Positions 49,314-60,012 of a stretch of 64,000 nucleotides of DNA are shown here, in pieces. The stretch spans positions 5,642,001 to 5,706,000 of the forward strand of contig CAKKNE010000002.1 in assembly GCA_918797485.1 (NCBI GenBank), read 5' to 3'. Position 1 is the first letter of the stretch, and each line of letters begins with the position of its first letter. The translations under genes and the position numbers were made by a program. Source of the stretch: Pelagomonas calceolata (Eukaryota). Below the pieces are notes generated by a model, which was given only the letters and a program-made list of their open reading frames with translations, was not told where the DNA came from and ran no database searches.

Positions 49314-51544
49314 ATGGACCTCGAGGACGCGCCACAAGAGGACCCCGATGCAGGGCTCAGCGTCGGCACGGTCCACGCCGCATTTATCCTAAGCGCCGCC
49401 GTCGCCGTGGCGCTAACCTTCGGCAAGGACCTCATCAAAGGCAAGCTCAGCACGAATTCTGACGTGGGCGGCCAGACGCCGCAGTTCAAAGCCTTCCAGC
49501 GGACGTACCTGACCGTCTACCTGCTCATGATGGCGGGCGACTGGCTCCAGGGGCCCTACATGTACGCGCTCTACGACGCCTACGGCTTCAAGCACGAGGA
49601 GATCGCGGCGCTGTTTGTTGCTGGTTTTTTTTCCGCGCGGACGTCAAATTTCAATCTCGTACGTGTGGAGTAGTCTCCGTCGAGAGAGTGTCGCGGCGAT
49701 GGCGTGCGGTTGGGGTGCCCCTCGATGACGGTGGCTCACCCGGTCGCATCGCGCGCCGGGAGGAGCAGAAAACTCACAAACGCCAGTTGGCGCCCGCCGG
49801 CGCGGCGTCGCGGCCGGGGCGCGCGGGATGCGCTCGGTTGCCGAAGGACCGCACGCACCGGGGCACGCGCCGGCGGGGCTCCGAGAGAGCGGGCGCGAGG
49901 CGGAGCGCGCCGAGGCGGGCGCGGCGGGCGCGGCACACACACGCAACACAGAGAACGGCGGTGACAACAAATCGCGGCGACGCGGCGCTGCGCGCGCCGG
50001 GCCTCTGCTGAGAGAACAACGAGAGGCCGCGTCGATGATGCGGAGAACACACACGTTGAGTCGCAAAAGCGACACAAAAAACAAGAGAAAAAACAAAACA
50101 CAGGCTTCGGCTCCTCCATGCTCTTCGGCACGGTCGCCGGCTCGCTCGCCGACACGCTCGGCCGCAAGCGCGGCGCGCTCGCCTACGTCGTCGTCTACGC
50201 GGCGTCGTGCGTGACGAAGCACTGGCGCTCCTACGAGGTCCTCATGTTCGGACGAGTCTTAGGCGGCATCGCCACGTCGCTGCTCTTCTCGGTCTTCGAC
50301 TCGTGGCTCGTGGCCGAGCACGCGAGCCGCGGCTTCGAGCCGGCGTGGCTCTCGACGACGTTTGCGAATGCGCAAGCGGGCAATAGTATCGTCGCGATCC
50401 TCTCGGGTGTATTCGGAGAGTGGATCGCGGGCACGACGCCGATGCGCGTGTTGGTGGCGGGAAGTACCGGAGGCGAGGACGCCGCGCCGGACGGCGCGAT
50501 CATGTGGGGCGGCTACTGCTTACCGTTTGACGCCGCCGCCGTCTTTTTGCTCATCGGCGGCTTCGTGATCATGACGACGTGGAACGAGAACTACGGGGAC
50601 ACGAAGCAGAGTTCGGGCGCGGATGGCCTCCGCGAGTCGCTCACCAAAGGACTTTTACTGTTGGCGAGGGACCGCCGCGTGCTACTCGTGGGCCTGGTCT
50701 GCTCGTGCTTCGAGGCGGCCATGTACGCCTTCGTGTTCGAGTGGACGCCGGCGCTGACGGCGGCGAACGCGCCGCGGTGACGCACGCGGCGTCGCGAGAG
50801 TGCCTTCAAAGTCGGCTCGACGGCCAATGGCGGGTCGCGGCGATGGCGTACTCGTGGATTATTGGTACTCGAGGACGCATCCGTGCATCCGTCGAGAGTA
50901 TCGCGGCGATGCCATGCCACGGTGGGGTAGAAGTACTCGCGATGCCATGCCACGCCGCCACCCCGGAACCCAACGACGCGGACGCGGCGCGCCCAGAGAG
51001 GCCATCGCGTCGCACCCCGGGAAAGGAAAAAAAAAAAACTCACAGAAATAACAAACACAGGCCGCCGTACGGCGAGATCTTCGCGGCGATGATGCTCTGC
51101 TGCGCGGCGGGCACGCGCTTATTCGGCTTCCTCGCGGAGAGCCGGGGCCCGGAGGACTTCGCGCGGCCGCTGTTTGTGGTCGCGTCTCTATTTCTACTGG
51201 CGCCCGTCGTCGCGCCGTCGAACTACGTGCTCGCATTAGTAGCCTTCCTGCTCTTCGAGGGCGTCGTGGGCTGCTACTTCCCAGCGCTGGGCACGCTCAA
51301 GTCCAAGATTGTCCCGGACGCGCAGCGGTCGACGATCTACAACATCTTCCGCGTGCCACTGAACGTCCTCGTGCTGCTCGTATTACTGTCGAAGCTGCCG
51401 ACGCAGACCGTGTTTGCGGTGTCGGCGTTACTATTACTGTCGGCGGCCATATTGCAACACATGCTCTTCGCGGCGATGCGCGGCCACGCGGACGTGCTCG
51501 ACGCGCACGGCGTCGACGCCAAGGACCCGCTCGTGTCGGTGTAG
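49314..51544 (+). CDS. MFSD5: MFSD5-like molybdate-anion/MFS transporter; introns 49624-50103 and 50777-51060
   Basis: FQRTYL.VY...GDWLQGPY.YALY..YG, LFVAG|F.SS, GR.LGGIATSLLFS.F.SW, FVFEWTP and IYNIFRVPLN. Confidence 0.85.
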
Positions 51545-51890
51545 GGTTGCGTCGACGGCGTTTCGCTCGTAATCATCAAGGAACATATACCATAAATCTT
51601 ACTGGGGCGGAGGACGCGGAACAGATGCGCGGCCACGCGGACGTGCTCGACGCGCACGGCGTCGATGCCAAGGACCCGCTCGTGTCGGTGTAGGGTTGCG
51701 TCGACGGCGCATCTCGCTCGTAATCATCAAGGAACATACGAAACTTACTGGGGCGGAGGACGCGGAACAGATGCGCGGCCACGCGGACGTGCTCGACGCG
51801 CACGGCGTCGACGCCAAGGACCCGCTCGTGTCGGTGTAGGAGGGGGCTCACGGCGACGGTTTTTTTCGCTCGTAATCATCAAGGAACATA
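51475..51890. repeat. Tandem triplication of the last ~22 codons, stop and 3' UTR of MFSD5
   Basis: Units start at 51475, 51624 and 51770 (periods 149 and 146). Confidence 0.9.
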
Positions 51891-51965
51891 GTACGATATT
51901 TTTTCGTCTCCACCCGTCTCACATCCCGTCTCCGATCGCCTCGCCAGAAGAAACACAGAAAATCA

Positions 51966-52280
51966 TTATTGGGGCGGAGAACGACTGTTCCGCGGCAGCG
52001 AGCTGCGGCGGCAGAGCGCGGCGAGGTTGTTGAAGGTGTCGTTGCGGATCATGTCTCCCAGGTCCCCCGGAGGAGACGCCGCGTCGCCGTCGGCGGGCGC
52101 GACGATCGACCGCCGAGGGCGCTCGGCCGACTCGCGCCGCGTCGCCCTGGCCGTCGAGGCGCGCAGGGATTCGCCGAAGAGCTCTTCGTGCTCCCGCGCG
52201 GCCAGGACCTGGGCGGCGCGGGCCCTATCTCGAGATAACAGCCAGGCCCGACTCCCCTCGCGGCACGCGTGAGCCGAAAC
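51966..52280 (-). pseudogene. 5'-truncated gene stump
   Basis: Coding-like frame ...AWLLSRDRARAAQVLAAREHEELFGESL...DMIRNDTFNNLAALC...PPQ*. A stop lies upstream and there is no 5' ATG. Confidence 0.4.
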
Positions 52281-52699
52281 CTACGGCCCTGCCAAAGATC
52301 TTCAGCGTCATCCGCGCGCTGGGCTTCGTGAGCGAGAGTTCCGTGCGGACGACGAAGCGGTGGGTGCACCCGCTGATGCTCAAGTACCTCGGCGCCGAGG
52401 GCCTCGACGTGACGAACTGCAACGGCGCGCTCGTCGGCGCCGCGCGCTTCCACCGCCACTACGCGGACATCGTCGAGCCGTGGGTCCGGTGCGCGCGCGT
52501 CGAGGCGTGCATCGCGCCGTCGGGCTCGAACCGGCGGAACCACCGCCAGGACCAGGCCGCGCTGACCGTCCTCGCGCACCAGGCCGGCGTCGCCTGCCGC
52601 CGCATGCACCTGTCCGTGCACTACCACCACGACGACCCCTCCGACGAGGGCACGCTCGACGGGCGGCCCAAGTCTTCGCGGCGGCCGGCCGGCGGCTAA
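52271..52699 (+). pseudogene. 5'-truncated stump, DUF1647-like C-terminus
   Basis: WVHP.MLKYLG...NCNGA...PWVRCA....CIAP.GSNR.NHRQDQAALT.L, with no upstream ATG in frame. Confidence 0.55.
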
Positions 52700-52713
52700 T
52701 TATTTATTACTAA

Positions 52714-53601
52714 TTATGAAACCCAGCTCCTAATCGTCCTCAACGCCTCGTCGCGAACCGATGTCCGCGGGACCCCCGCGAGATATGTCAGCAGATATTG
52801 GATTTGAGAATTGTCCAGATGATCTACGTAACGGTCGTACTCGGCTTCGATAGAGTTAATATCTACACCCAGGCGCAGAGAGATCAACTCACCGTCACCA
52901 TCGCTGTCGTGCCGAGTTTCCAGTAACAAGTGAGGCTCAAAATTGAAGCCTGGCACAGCAAACAAAGCCTCTCGACAAGTAAACAAAAACATCTGGTCCG
53001 GGTCGCCATCCCCGTCAGCATGGTCGTAATACGGAAATTTCCCAATCGAGACCATGGCTTGGTCCACATCCCGGATCGCGATCAACGTTATCGTGATACC
53101 CTCTAGAGCAGCCTCATCTTGCGTTGAAGTTGTATTCATCTTTGCTAGAAAATCTATTAACTTCGGGCATGCTCCCGATCGCTTTATGTGCGACGTAACG
53201 TTGGTCAGAGTAAGATCAATGCAGGCGTTGCTGGCCATTTGAAGGTCGCCCTCCCAAATCATCCGTCCACCGTCAGCGATGCGCACGAAGAATGTGAAAT
53301 CCCTGAATTGGCTCGGACGTAACGGCTGCGATGGTTCCGCCAGTGCGTCCGCAAGGAGGCGGCGCAGCGTCTGCGATCGGACGCGCGAGAGTGCGTCGGA
53401 TTCCAATGCTTCTTTCACAGACCGTGGCGCTTGCACACCGGCGAGTAGCGACCAGGCGTTGGCCTCGCGCACGTCCTTGCCGCACGCCTTGCTGCAGCAC
53501 TGGTATTGGCAGAGCGATTTTACGTCCATGAACTCGACGAGTTCTGGGCGCAGCGGTATCCTCGGAGCCTCGGATTGGCGGTGGCGAGTGCTGCGGTCCA
53601 T
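52714..53601 (-). CDS. Hypothetical protein with an F-box-like N-terminus
   Basis: LRPELVEFMDVKSLCQYQCCSK...W; ATG start and an intact frame. Confidence 0.6.
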   Translation of the reverse strand: MDRSTRHRQSEAPRIPLRPELVEFMDVKSLCQYQCCSKACGKDVREANAWSLLAGVQAPRSVKEALESDALSRVRSQTLRRLLADALAEPSQPLRPSQFRDFTFFVRIADGGRMIWEGDLQMASNACIDLTLTNVTSHIKRSGACPKLIDFLAKMNTTSTQDEAALEGITITLIAIRDVDQAMVSIGKFPYYDHADGDGDPDQMFLFTCREALFAVPGFNFEPHLLLETRHDSDGDGELISLRLGVDINSIEAEYDRYVDHLDNSQIQYLLTYLAGVPRTSVRDEALRTIRSWVS

Positions 53602-53764
53602 TGTGAGCTGCTCAGATGGTGAGTCTTGGCTTGGATCACTTGCGCGGCCGAAACGGGGCCAAGCGATGGAAATAAGGGCTATTTAGGTTCAAATCGCTCG
53701 CAGCCAAGCGCGTCGTGCTGTTTGCTGCGCGTATATGAGTAGATGCGGCTACTGCTGTCTCTTC

Positions 53765-53785
53765 CTAGTGTCTTACTTACGCTAG
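53765..53785 (-). promoter_or_regulatory. CTAG-bipartite promoter motif
   Basis: Reverse complement CTAGCGTAAGTAAGACACTAG, between divergent genes. Confidence 0.65.
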
Positions 53786-53893
53786 CGCCGCTGTGTTTTT
53801 GGCTTGGGCTGTACGTTTCACAGACAGCCGGCCGAGCGGCAGACGTACTTTTGTGAAGGCCTGCGCGCACGCGCTGGTGTGGAGAACTCACAA

Positions 53894-55180
53894 ATGCCAG
53901 CAACAAATGGAATAATAGGACCGAGCCTCGCGAACTTCTGCGTGCAGTACAATTTCCAGGTTATAGCTATTGCGTTGGAAGTGGCGGCGCGCGTCACCCA
54001 CCAGCAGAGCTGGGTCGCGACGCAGAACATGTCGGTCATATTCGTAGGGTGCATCCTGGGCCAGTTCACGATGGGTTATGCTGGTGATTTGATCGGGCGG
54101 AGCCGCGCGCTGTCTCTCACACTTTGTATTGCGGCGGCGGGCGCAATTGGTAGTGCGGCGGCCTCGTGGGGCACGCCAGCGGCGATCTACGGCACGATTG
54201 TGGCCTTTAGGTTAGTCATCGGGTATGGCCTGGGCGGCGTGTATCCTCTGAGTGCGACGAAGGCCGCGGAGAGCGACGACGACGATGCAAATTCAATAGG
54301 GAGGACGGCCTGGGCCTTTTTCTGGCAAGGGCCGGGGATGTGCGCACCATATGTAGTAGCTATCATTCTGCGCGCTTGTTTGGCGTCGGACGCGCAAGCT
54401 TTGCAGTGGCGGCTGTTACTGGGCCTGGGCGCCGCGCCGGCGTTGCTGGCGATGGCCTTTTTGCGGGAGGACGCGCAAGAAGATCACGGGAGGGACGCGG
54501 CCGCGGCGGCCGCGGCCGCGAAGGCGCAAATTCAACGCGACGCCAAGACCAAGATTTTTTGGAGGCGCTTCGCGGGCTGCGGCGGGTCCTGGTTTCTGTA
54601 CGACGTGGCCCTGTACGGCACAACTTTATTGGGTCCAACTATCGTCGAGGACTGCTTCCGCGGGAAAAATAGTATACAGGACACGTCCTGGCAGCAGCTC
54701 GTGGGTTTGTCGTTCAACGTCCCCGCCATGCTGTTGAGCGTGGAACTGCTCAACCGCCAACGGATAACAGCTAAAAAACTGCAAATCGCGGGCTTTCTGC
54801 TGATGGCCTTCGCCTACGCGCTGTACGGCGTCCTGGACGCGGTACAGGTCAACGCGTGGGTCCTCTTCGCGGCCTACTGCTTCCTGAATTTTACATTATC
54901 TTTCGGACCCAACGTGACGACGTTCGTCCTCCCGGCGGCGACGTTCTCTGGCGATACAAAGTCGACGATGAACGGCTTGTGTGCGGCCCTCGGCAAGCTG
55001 GGCGCCGTTGTCGGGACGCAGGTGCTGCCTGTGCTCCTTGATCTCGGGCTGAGTTACGTGCTGGGCGCGTGTCTCGTCACGTGCGTCGCGGGCGCGCTGT
55101 TGACCCAAGTCTGCGTCGAGGCGAAGGCGTACGAGACCGTGTTGTTGGAGGCGGACGCGGGCGAGGGCGGCGTGGCATAA
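53894..55180 (+). CDS. MFS inorganic-phosphate transporter (PHO84/PHT1-like)
   Basis: GQ..MGY.GD.IGR, G.GGVYPLSA...AE, WFLYDVALYG, FGPNVTTFVLPA..F and GLCAA.GKLGA. Confidence 0.8.
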   Translation: MPATNGIIGPSLANFCVQYNFQVIAIALEVAARVTHQQSWVATQNMSVIFVGCILGQFTMGYAGDLIGRSRALSLTLCIAAAGAIGSAAASWGTPAAIYGTIVAFRLVIGYGLGGVYPLSATKAAESDDDDANSIGRTAWAFFWQGPGMCAPYVVAIILRACLASDAQALQWRLLLGLGAAPALLAMAFLREDAQEDHGRDAAAAAAAAKAQIQRDAKTKIFWRRFAGCGGSWFLYDVALYGTTLLGPTIVEDCFRGKNSIQDTSWQQLVGLSFNVPAMLLSVELLNRQRITAKKLQIAGFLLMAFAYALYGVLDAVQVNAWVLFAAYCFLNFTLSFGPNVTTFVLPAATFSGDTKSTMNGLCAALGKLGAVVGTQVLPVLLDLGLSYVLGACLVTCVAGALLTQVCVEAKAYETVLLEADAGEGGVA

Positions 55181-55215
55181 ATGTGTGTTCTGTATTAGTC
55201 AGGGGGTTGGGGGTT

Positions 55216-55538
55216 CTACTCCTTCTTCTCGCAGCACTTCGGGTCGAAGCACCCGTTCACGGCTCTTGTGTAGCTGCCGGATCTCGGTCGCTCGTCGCCG
55301 CCGTGGGCGGGGTGGTACAGCTCGCTCCCGATCTTCATCGCGAACGGCAGGAGGGGCACCCACTCGCCCCGCACGACGTCCCAGTTGTTGATAGTCGACC
55401 GCGTTTTATTCTCGTCGCGCACTTCTGCCGCGGCGGGACGAGGTACATCACGATCCGGACGATGCCGCCCAACGCTCGAAAGAGCAGGGCGAGGATGATA
55501 AAGTATATAAACCAGGTGACAATTTTGCTCCACACCAT
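55216..55538 (-). pseudogene. Small membrane-anchored gene, apparently frameshifted or internally deleted
   Basis: ATG at 55538 gives MVWSKIVTWFIYFIILALLF.... The coding-like tail NNWDVVRGEWVPLLPF...CCEKKE* is in another frame. Confidence 0.35.
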
Positions 55539-55716
55539 GATCACGAGGCTGCCTTTTTCTCGACGTCTCCGTCGGCAACGCGCACGTCGGCCGCGGCGTC
55601 GGGCCGCGCAAGGCCCTGGCCAAGGAGAACGCGGCGGCGCTCGCGCTCCGAGCCCTCGCGCGCGGCTCGCACTAGGTCGGCCCGCCCCACTGTTATACAC
55701 ATCTCTCCTTTATAAC

Positions 55717-55738
55717 CTAGCGGCTTGTAAGACACTAG
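55717..55738 (+). promoter_or_regulatory. CTAG-bipartite promoter motif
   Basis: CTAGCGGCTTGTAAGACACTAG followed by CAAGCAAGC. Confidence 0.65.
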
Positions 55739-55897
55739 CAAGCAAGCAGGCTGCGCCGCGAGCTTAAAAATAGCACCAAGGGAAATACAGAATACTGCTC
55801 TCTGATTCACGTATCAAAACGTGCACACGCGCCGCAACCACTGCGATACCTCGCGCCGCAGCACTGCATCCGCAACCACTGCGACAGACAGCACACA

Positions 55898-57364
55898 ATG
55901 CGCGTCCTCGCCTGCATCCTGCTCGGCGCCGCGCGAGCCGACGAGATGACCGGCGCCATCTATGTCTCCAGGCACGGCGTCCGCTCGCCCTACCCGCCGG
56001 GCGGCACGGGCTGGCCGGCGCACGGCCAGAGCTGGGAGGCCTGGACGAGCGCGCCCGTGAAGCGCGCCGCGGAGTTCGGCATGACGGACCACGCGTTCAA
56101 GACGCAGGAGCTCACGGCGCACGGCAAGACCTTGGTGAAGCCCCTCGGCGCGTCCGCGCGCGAGGCCTGGGCCGCCGCCGGGCTCGAGCTCGATTGTGAG
56201 AGAGTCAAAACCTACGCGGACGACTCGACGCGGGACGTGCAGACGGCTAAACTCTGGCTCGAGGGCCTCGGCTGCGCTGAGAATCACGTGGACGTGGCCA
56301 ACGGCAGTTTACCAGAGATGGTCCCGATACTGAGTGATGACTTCGTGCAGCCGAACGGTATCTGTAAGGTGGCGACGGAGGGCCAGGCCCGGGGTAGATT
56401 TGGAGGCGACGTGGATGCGCTGACGGCGGCGCACGCGGTTGGTATTGACGAGGTCCAGGCGGCGCTGGAGATGCCGTCGGACGCGGACGCTTGTATAGAT
56501 CTGCCCGACGACGTCGAGTGCGCTATAGCATCATTTCCTTACCAATACGACGCGATGCCGTGGCACGGCCTGTTTGGGGGGCCCCTCTACTACGCGCAGT
56601 ACTTCGCCGAGAGCTGGATGTTCGAGTACCTTTCAGGTTTAGACGACTTCGCCAATCATAAGCTCACGCCGGAGGAATTGGTGCGGTTATATGGGTTGCA
56701 CGTGGCGATCATGGGCTTCGCGTCGAACTATTTCAACAGCCGCGCTTTGGGGAGCGCGCTGCTCGCCTACGTCGCCGTGTCCGCCCGGGAAATAGTGAGG
56801 GGCCACCCCGAAAACGTGAGGGCGCTCTTTGCCCACGACACGAACATTTTGTACCTGCGGCACTTGTTGGATCTGGACTGGATCGCCACGGGCTGGCCCA
56901 TGCACGCCGCTCCCACGGGCGGCGCTTTGGTGTTTGAGGTGCGCGGCCAGGCCGTGCGCACGGTCTTCCGGGCCCAGTCGCCGCAGTCCCAGCACTCGGG
57001 CGAGGGCACCGTGGACGAGGCCGTGTTGGTTATTCCGGCGTGCGGCGTGGAGCTGTGCCCCGTCGAGGATTTTGTCAGGGTCGTCGCCGAAGCTGTGGAC
57101 GCGGACTGCCTACCCGCGGAGCTGCGCGACGCGCTCATCCGCGGCGTCTCGGTCCGCGAGGACGTGTGCACGGGCATGCGCCCGTGGCTCATGGTCCTCG
57201 GGGCATTCTTATCTGCCGCGGGCGGGGCGTTCATCGCGATAGCCGCGGAGCGGCGCAAGCGGGCGCCGTCCGCGGCGTCGCTCCTCCAAGCGAGTCGGCG
57301 CGCCGACCAGCAGGAGGGCCTCGCGCTCGTCGAGAGCAATCCCCTATCACCAGACGGGGTGTAA
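55898..57364 (+). CDS. Histidine acid phosphatase (AppA/Agp phytase-like) with signal peptide and C-terminal TM
   Basis: RHGVRSP, LT.HG, AD...R...TA, AHDTNI and PTGGALVFE. Confidence 0.85.
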   Translation: MRVLACILLGAARADEMTGAIYVSRHGVRSPYPPGGTGWPAHGQSWEAWTSAPVKRAAEFGMTDHAFKTQELTAHGKTLVKPLGASAREAWAAAGLELDCERVKTYADDSTRDVQTAKLWLEGLGCAENHVDVANGSLPEMVPILSDDFVQPNGICKVATEGQARGRFGGDVDALTAAHAVGIDEVQAALEMPSDADACIDLPDDVECAIASFPYQYDAMPWHGLFGGPLYYAQYFAESWMFEYLSGLDDFANHKLTPEELVRLYGLHVAIMGFASNYFNSRALGSALLAYVAVSAREIVRGHPENVRALFAHDTNILYLRHLLDLDWIATGWPMHAAPTGGALVFEVRGQAVRTVFRAQSPQSQHSGEGTVDEAVLVIPACGVELCPVEDFVRVVAEAVDADCLPAELRDALIRGVSVREDVCTGMRPWLMVLGAFLSAAGGAFIAIAAERRKRAPSAASLLQASRRADQQEGLALVESNPLSPDGV

Positions 57365-57382
57365 ACATGTGTGTGAAACTTC

Positions 57383-57404
57383 CTAGTGCCTTACATTACG
57401 CTAG
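57383..57404 (-). promoter_or_regulatory. CTAG-bipartite promoter motif
   Basis: Reverse complement CTAGCGTAATGTAAGGCACTAG, 140 bp upstream of the ATG at 57544. Confidence 0.6.
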
Positions 57405-57543
57405 CTAACTCTGCCTCTGGGAGCCAGTCGAGCGAGGGAACGCGCTACGGGCCGTAAATAGACGAAAGCTGTTCATTGTGCAGCGCTTCTGATCGATCCG
57501 GACCCAGCCCTACATCGCTGCTTAACGTGTCGGCGCACAGACC

Positions 57544-59892
57544 ATGGACATGCCTCCGCCGCCGCCGCGGGCGCCCCCAGCAGCCAAACCACAACAACCC
57601 GAGGACGACCTCTCCTGGGCGGTCACGCCGCCGCCGCCCTTCCACTCCTTGGAACACTTCAAGGACGGATCATTAGCCGGCACGACGACCCTCGACAAAA
57701 AAGTAATCACCGTAGGCCGCGACGCGGACGCGGACCTGACGATCCTCCACCCGACAGCTAGTAGAAGGCACGCATCTCTGGTAAATGGAGCGGACCGCCA
57801 GCTCTTCCTGGTTGCAAAAGACACGCGCTACGGGACGACGCTCAACGGCCAGACGTGTGCACCCGGTGCAAAGCTCAGACTTGAAAACGGCGCCCAGATC
57901 CGCTTCGCGCTGTCGTCGAGAACGTACGTCGTGCGCCTCGCGACGGCCCGGGATCCCTCACAAACGCCGCTCGCCGAGGCCGCGCTACCGACTTCCTTCG
58001 GCCGCCGCGAGAAGGTCGCACAGCCGAAGCCGGACAACCACCAAAAACGAAAAGCCGACGGCGACGCCGACGCCGCGCGCCAGGCCCTCGCGGAGCGGCG
58101 CGCGAAGCGCAAGGCCGAGATCGACGCGATGACGCGGGACATGGTCTCGTCGACACCATCGTATAATGCGCCCGTCGTCGCCGAAGAGGAACCGGTAGAG
58201 GAGGAGGAACCGGAAGAGGAGGCGACCGACGCCGACGCCGTCGCCGCGCTGACGAAGCGCTGGCAGCTGCCGGTGTCTCACGAGGCGCGGTTGCAGCCCG
58301 CCTCCAAGGCCGTCTCGGCCATCGCGAGCGACCCGGCGGGCGGCCGCGTCATCGTGGGTTCTCTAGACTACAAGGTGCGGTTATATGATTTTGGTGGCAT
58401 GGACCGGAGGCATCGGCCGTTCCGGGAAATAGAGCCGGACGAAGGGCATCCCATCGTGGCATTGTCGTACTCGCCGACGGGCGATCGGTTTCTGTGCTGC
58501 ACCGGGTCGGCGCAACCGAAGATCTTCCAGAGGGACGGCCAGCACCTACTGACGTTCAATAGGGGAGACCCGTACGTGACGGACATGGCGCGGACGACGG
58601 GCCACGTGACGATCGTGACGGGCGGCCAGTGGCACCCGCACGAGAAGATGCAGTGCTTGACTTCTGGGATGGATGGGTCTTTGAGAATATGGGATCTCTG
58701 TGGAAAGACCGGTCTGAGAGATTTCCTGTTATGTGACCATACGATACGAGTGAGAGACAAAGGAGCGAGAAAAGTAGCCGCCACGGCGTGTTGCTATTCG
58801 CCCGACGGCCGAAAAGTCGCGTGCGGCGCCGCCGACGGCTCGGTGCAGATTTGGCAGCTGAAGGGCCGAGCCCACAATTACCTGCGGCCGGACGCGTGTG
58901 CGAGAACAGCACACAGACCGTCGACGGACGCTTCGGGAGCGGTCGTTTCTTGTGTCCAGTTCTCGCCCGACGGTCGTTCAATAGCGTCGAGGGCGGACGA
59001 CGGCTTCATCAGAGTCTGGGACGTGCGCAAATTGTCCAAGTCGCAACCGGTCTGCGAGTTCGCTGGGATAGAGCCGCGCGGGCTGACGGCGAACCTGGCC
59101 TGGCGGCCCGACGGCGCCGTGCTGTGTGCCGGCGCCGCAGGTGCTTCTAAGAACGACCCCGGGCGCCTCAGTTTCTTCTCGGTCGGCGGTGATGCCCACG
59201 AGGTGCATAGAGATGCGGGCGGCTACCGTCCTTTGGTCTCGTTAGGAGGGTGCGCGAAAGGCGCTGACGTTTGTGTATTATGGCACGAGCGCATAAGACA
59301 CGTCTTCGTGGGCGGTTCTGATGGATCTGTGAGAGCATTATATGATCCAGCATTGTCGAAGAACGGCGCCTTACTCAGTGTAAAGCGCGACCACGCGCCG
59401 CGCAAGTTCTTGACGAGCGACACGTCGCACGTCGACGCTTCGTCAATAGTGAATCCCAATGCTTTGCCGATGTACCGCAACGACGACGCGTTTCGATCTA
59501 GAGGCCGCTACGCGAAGACGCGCAACTCGCAGACGCTGTCCAAGAAGCCGGACCCGCCGCTGGCGCAGGGCCAGCAGGGCCGCAACGAGGGCGCGCGCAC
59601 GACGTTCTGCCAGACGTTCCTCGAGAACGAGCTCGCGCAGGGGCCCGGCAACATCCGCAACGAGGACCCGCGCGAGGCGCTGCTCAAGTACGCGAACGAG
59701 GAACCCATATTTAGGACGAATGCGACGTTCTACCGGGATAGTGGAGGCGCGCGGCGCGACCTCGCGCAAGACACGCTCGAGGCGGCCGAATCCAAATTCG
59801 TCGAGGACCAGAAGCAGCTCATGGACCGGAACCCATCTCGTGTGATTCGGGACGCACGGAAGAAGCCTGATGGGAAGCAGGGGGGGAGCTAG
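57544..59892 (+). CDS. WDR70: FHA domain plus WDR70 (GAD-1-like) WD40 protein
   Basis: FHA (VGRD...HPTASRRHA...GT.LNG); LPVSHE, DY.V.LYDFGGMD, GDPYV.DM..T.GH, ALPMYR and EDPREALLKYA. Confidence 0.85.
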   Translation: MDMPPPPPRAPPAAKPQQPEDDLSWAVTPPPPFHSLEHFKDGSLAGTTTLDKKVITVGRDADADLTILHPTASRRHASLVNGADRQLFLVAKDTRYGTTLNGQTCAPGAKLRLENGAQIRFALSSRTYVVRLATARDPSQTPLAEAALPTSFGRREKVAQPKPDNHQKRKADGDADAARQALAERRAKRKAEIDAMTRDMVSSTPSYNAPVVAEEEPVEEEEPEEEATDADAVAALTKRWQLPVSHEARLQPASKAVSAIASDPAGGRVIVGSLDYKVRLYDFGGMDRRHRPFREIEPDEGHPIVALSYSPTGDRFLCCTGSAQPKIFQRDGQHLLTFNRGDPYVTDMARTTGHVTIVTGGQWHPHEKMQCLTSGMDGSLRIWDLCGKTGLRDFLLCDHTIRVRDKGARKVAATACCYSPDGRKVACGAADGSVQIWQLKGRAHNYLRPDACARTAHRPSTDASGAVVSCVQFSPDGRSIASRADDGFIRVWDVRKLSKSQPVCEFAGIEPRGLTANLAWRPDGAVLCAGAAGASKNDPGRLSFFSVGGDAHEVHRDAGGYRPLVSLGGCAKGADVCVLWHERIRHVFVGGSDGSVRALYDPALSKNGALLSVKRDHAPRKFLTSDTSHVDASSIVNPNALPMYRNDDAFRSRGRYAKTRNSQTLSKKPDPPLAQGQQGRNEGARTTFCQTFLENELAQGPGNIRNEDPREALLKYANEEPIFRTNATFYRDSGGARRDLAQDTLEAAESKFVEDQKQLMDRNPSRVIRDARKKPDGKQGGS

Positions 59893-60012
59893 GACTTTCC
59901 TTGTCAATGTCTACTCACACCGGGGCGCGCCCGGCTCTCCGCGTTTAGGAACCCCCGCGCGATAGCTGCGGACACCAAACAATGCTTACAAACTTGAACC
60001 GTGACACGCGCG

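Noticed and set aside
51475..51890. Possible CRISPR array
   Set aside because: The whole ~148-bp units repeat with no unique spacers, there are no cas genes, and the DNA is eukaryotic.
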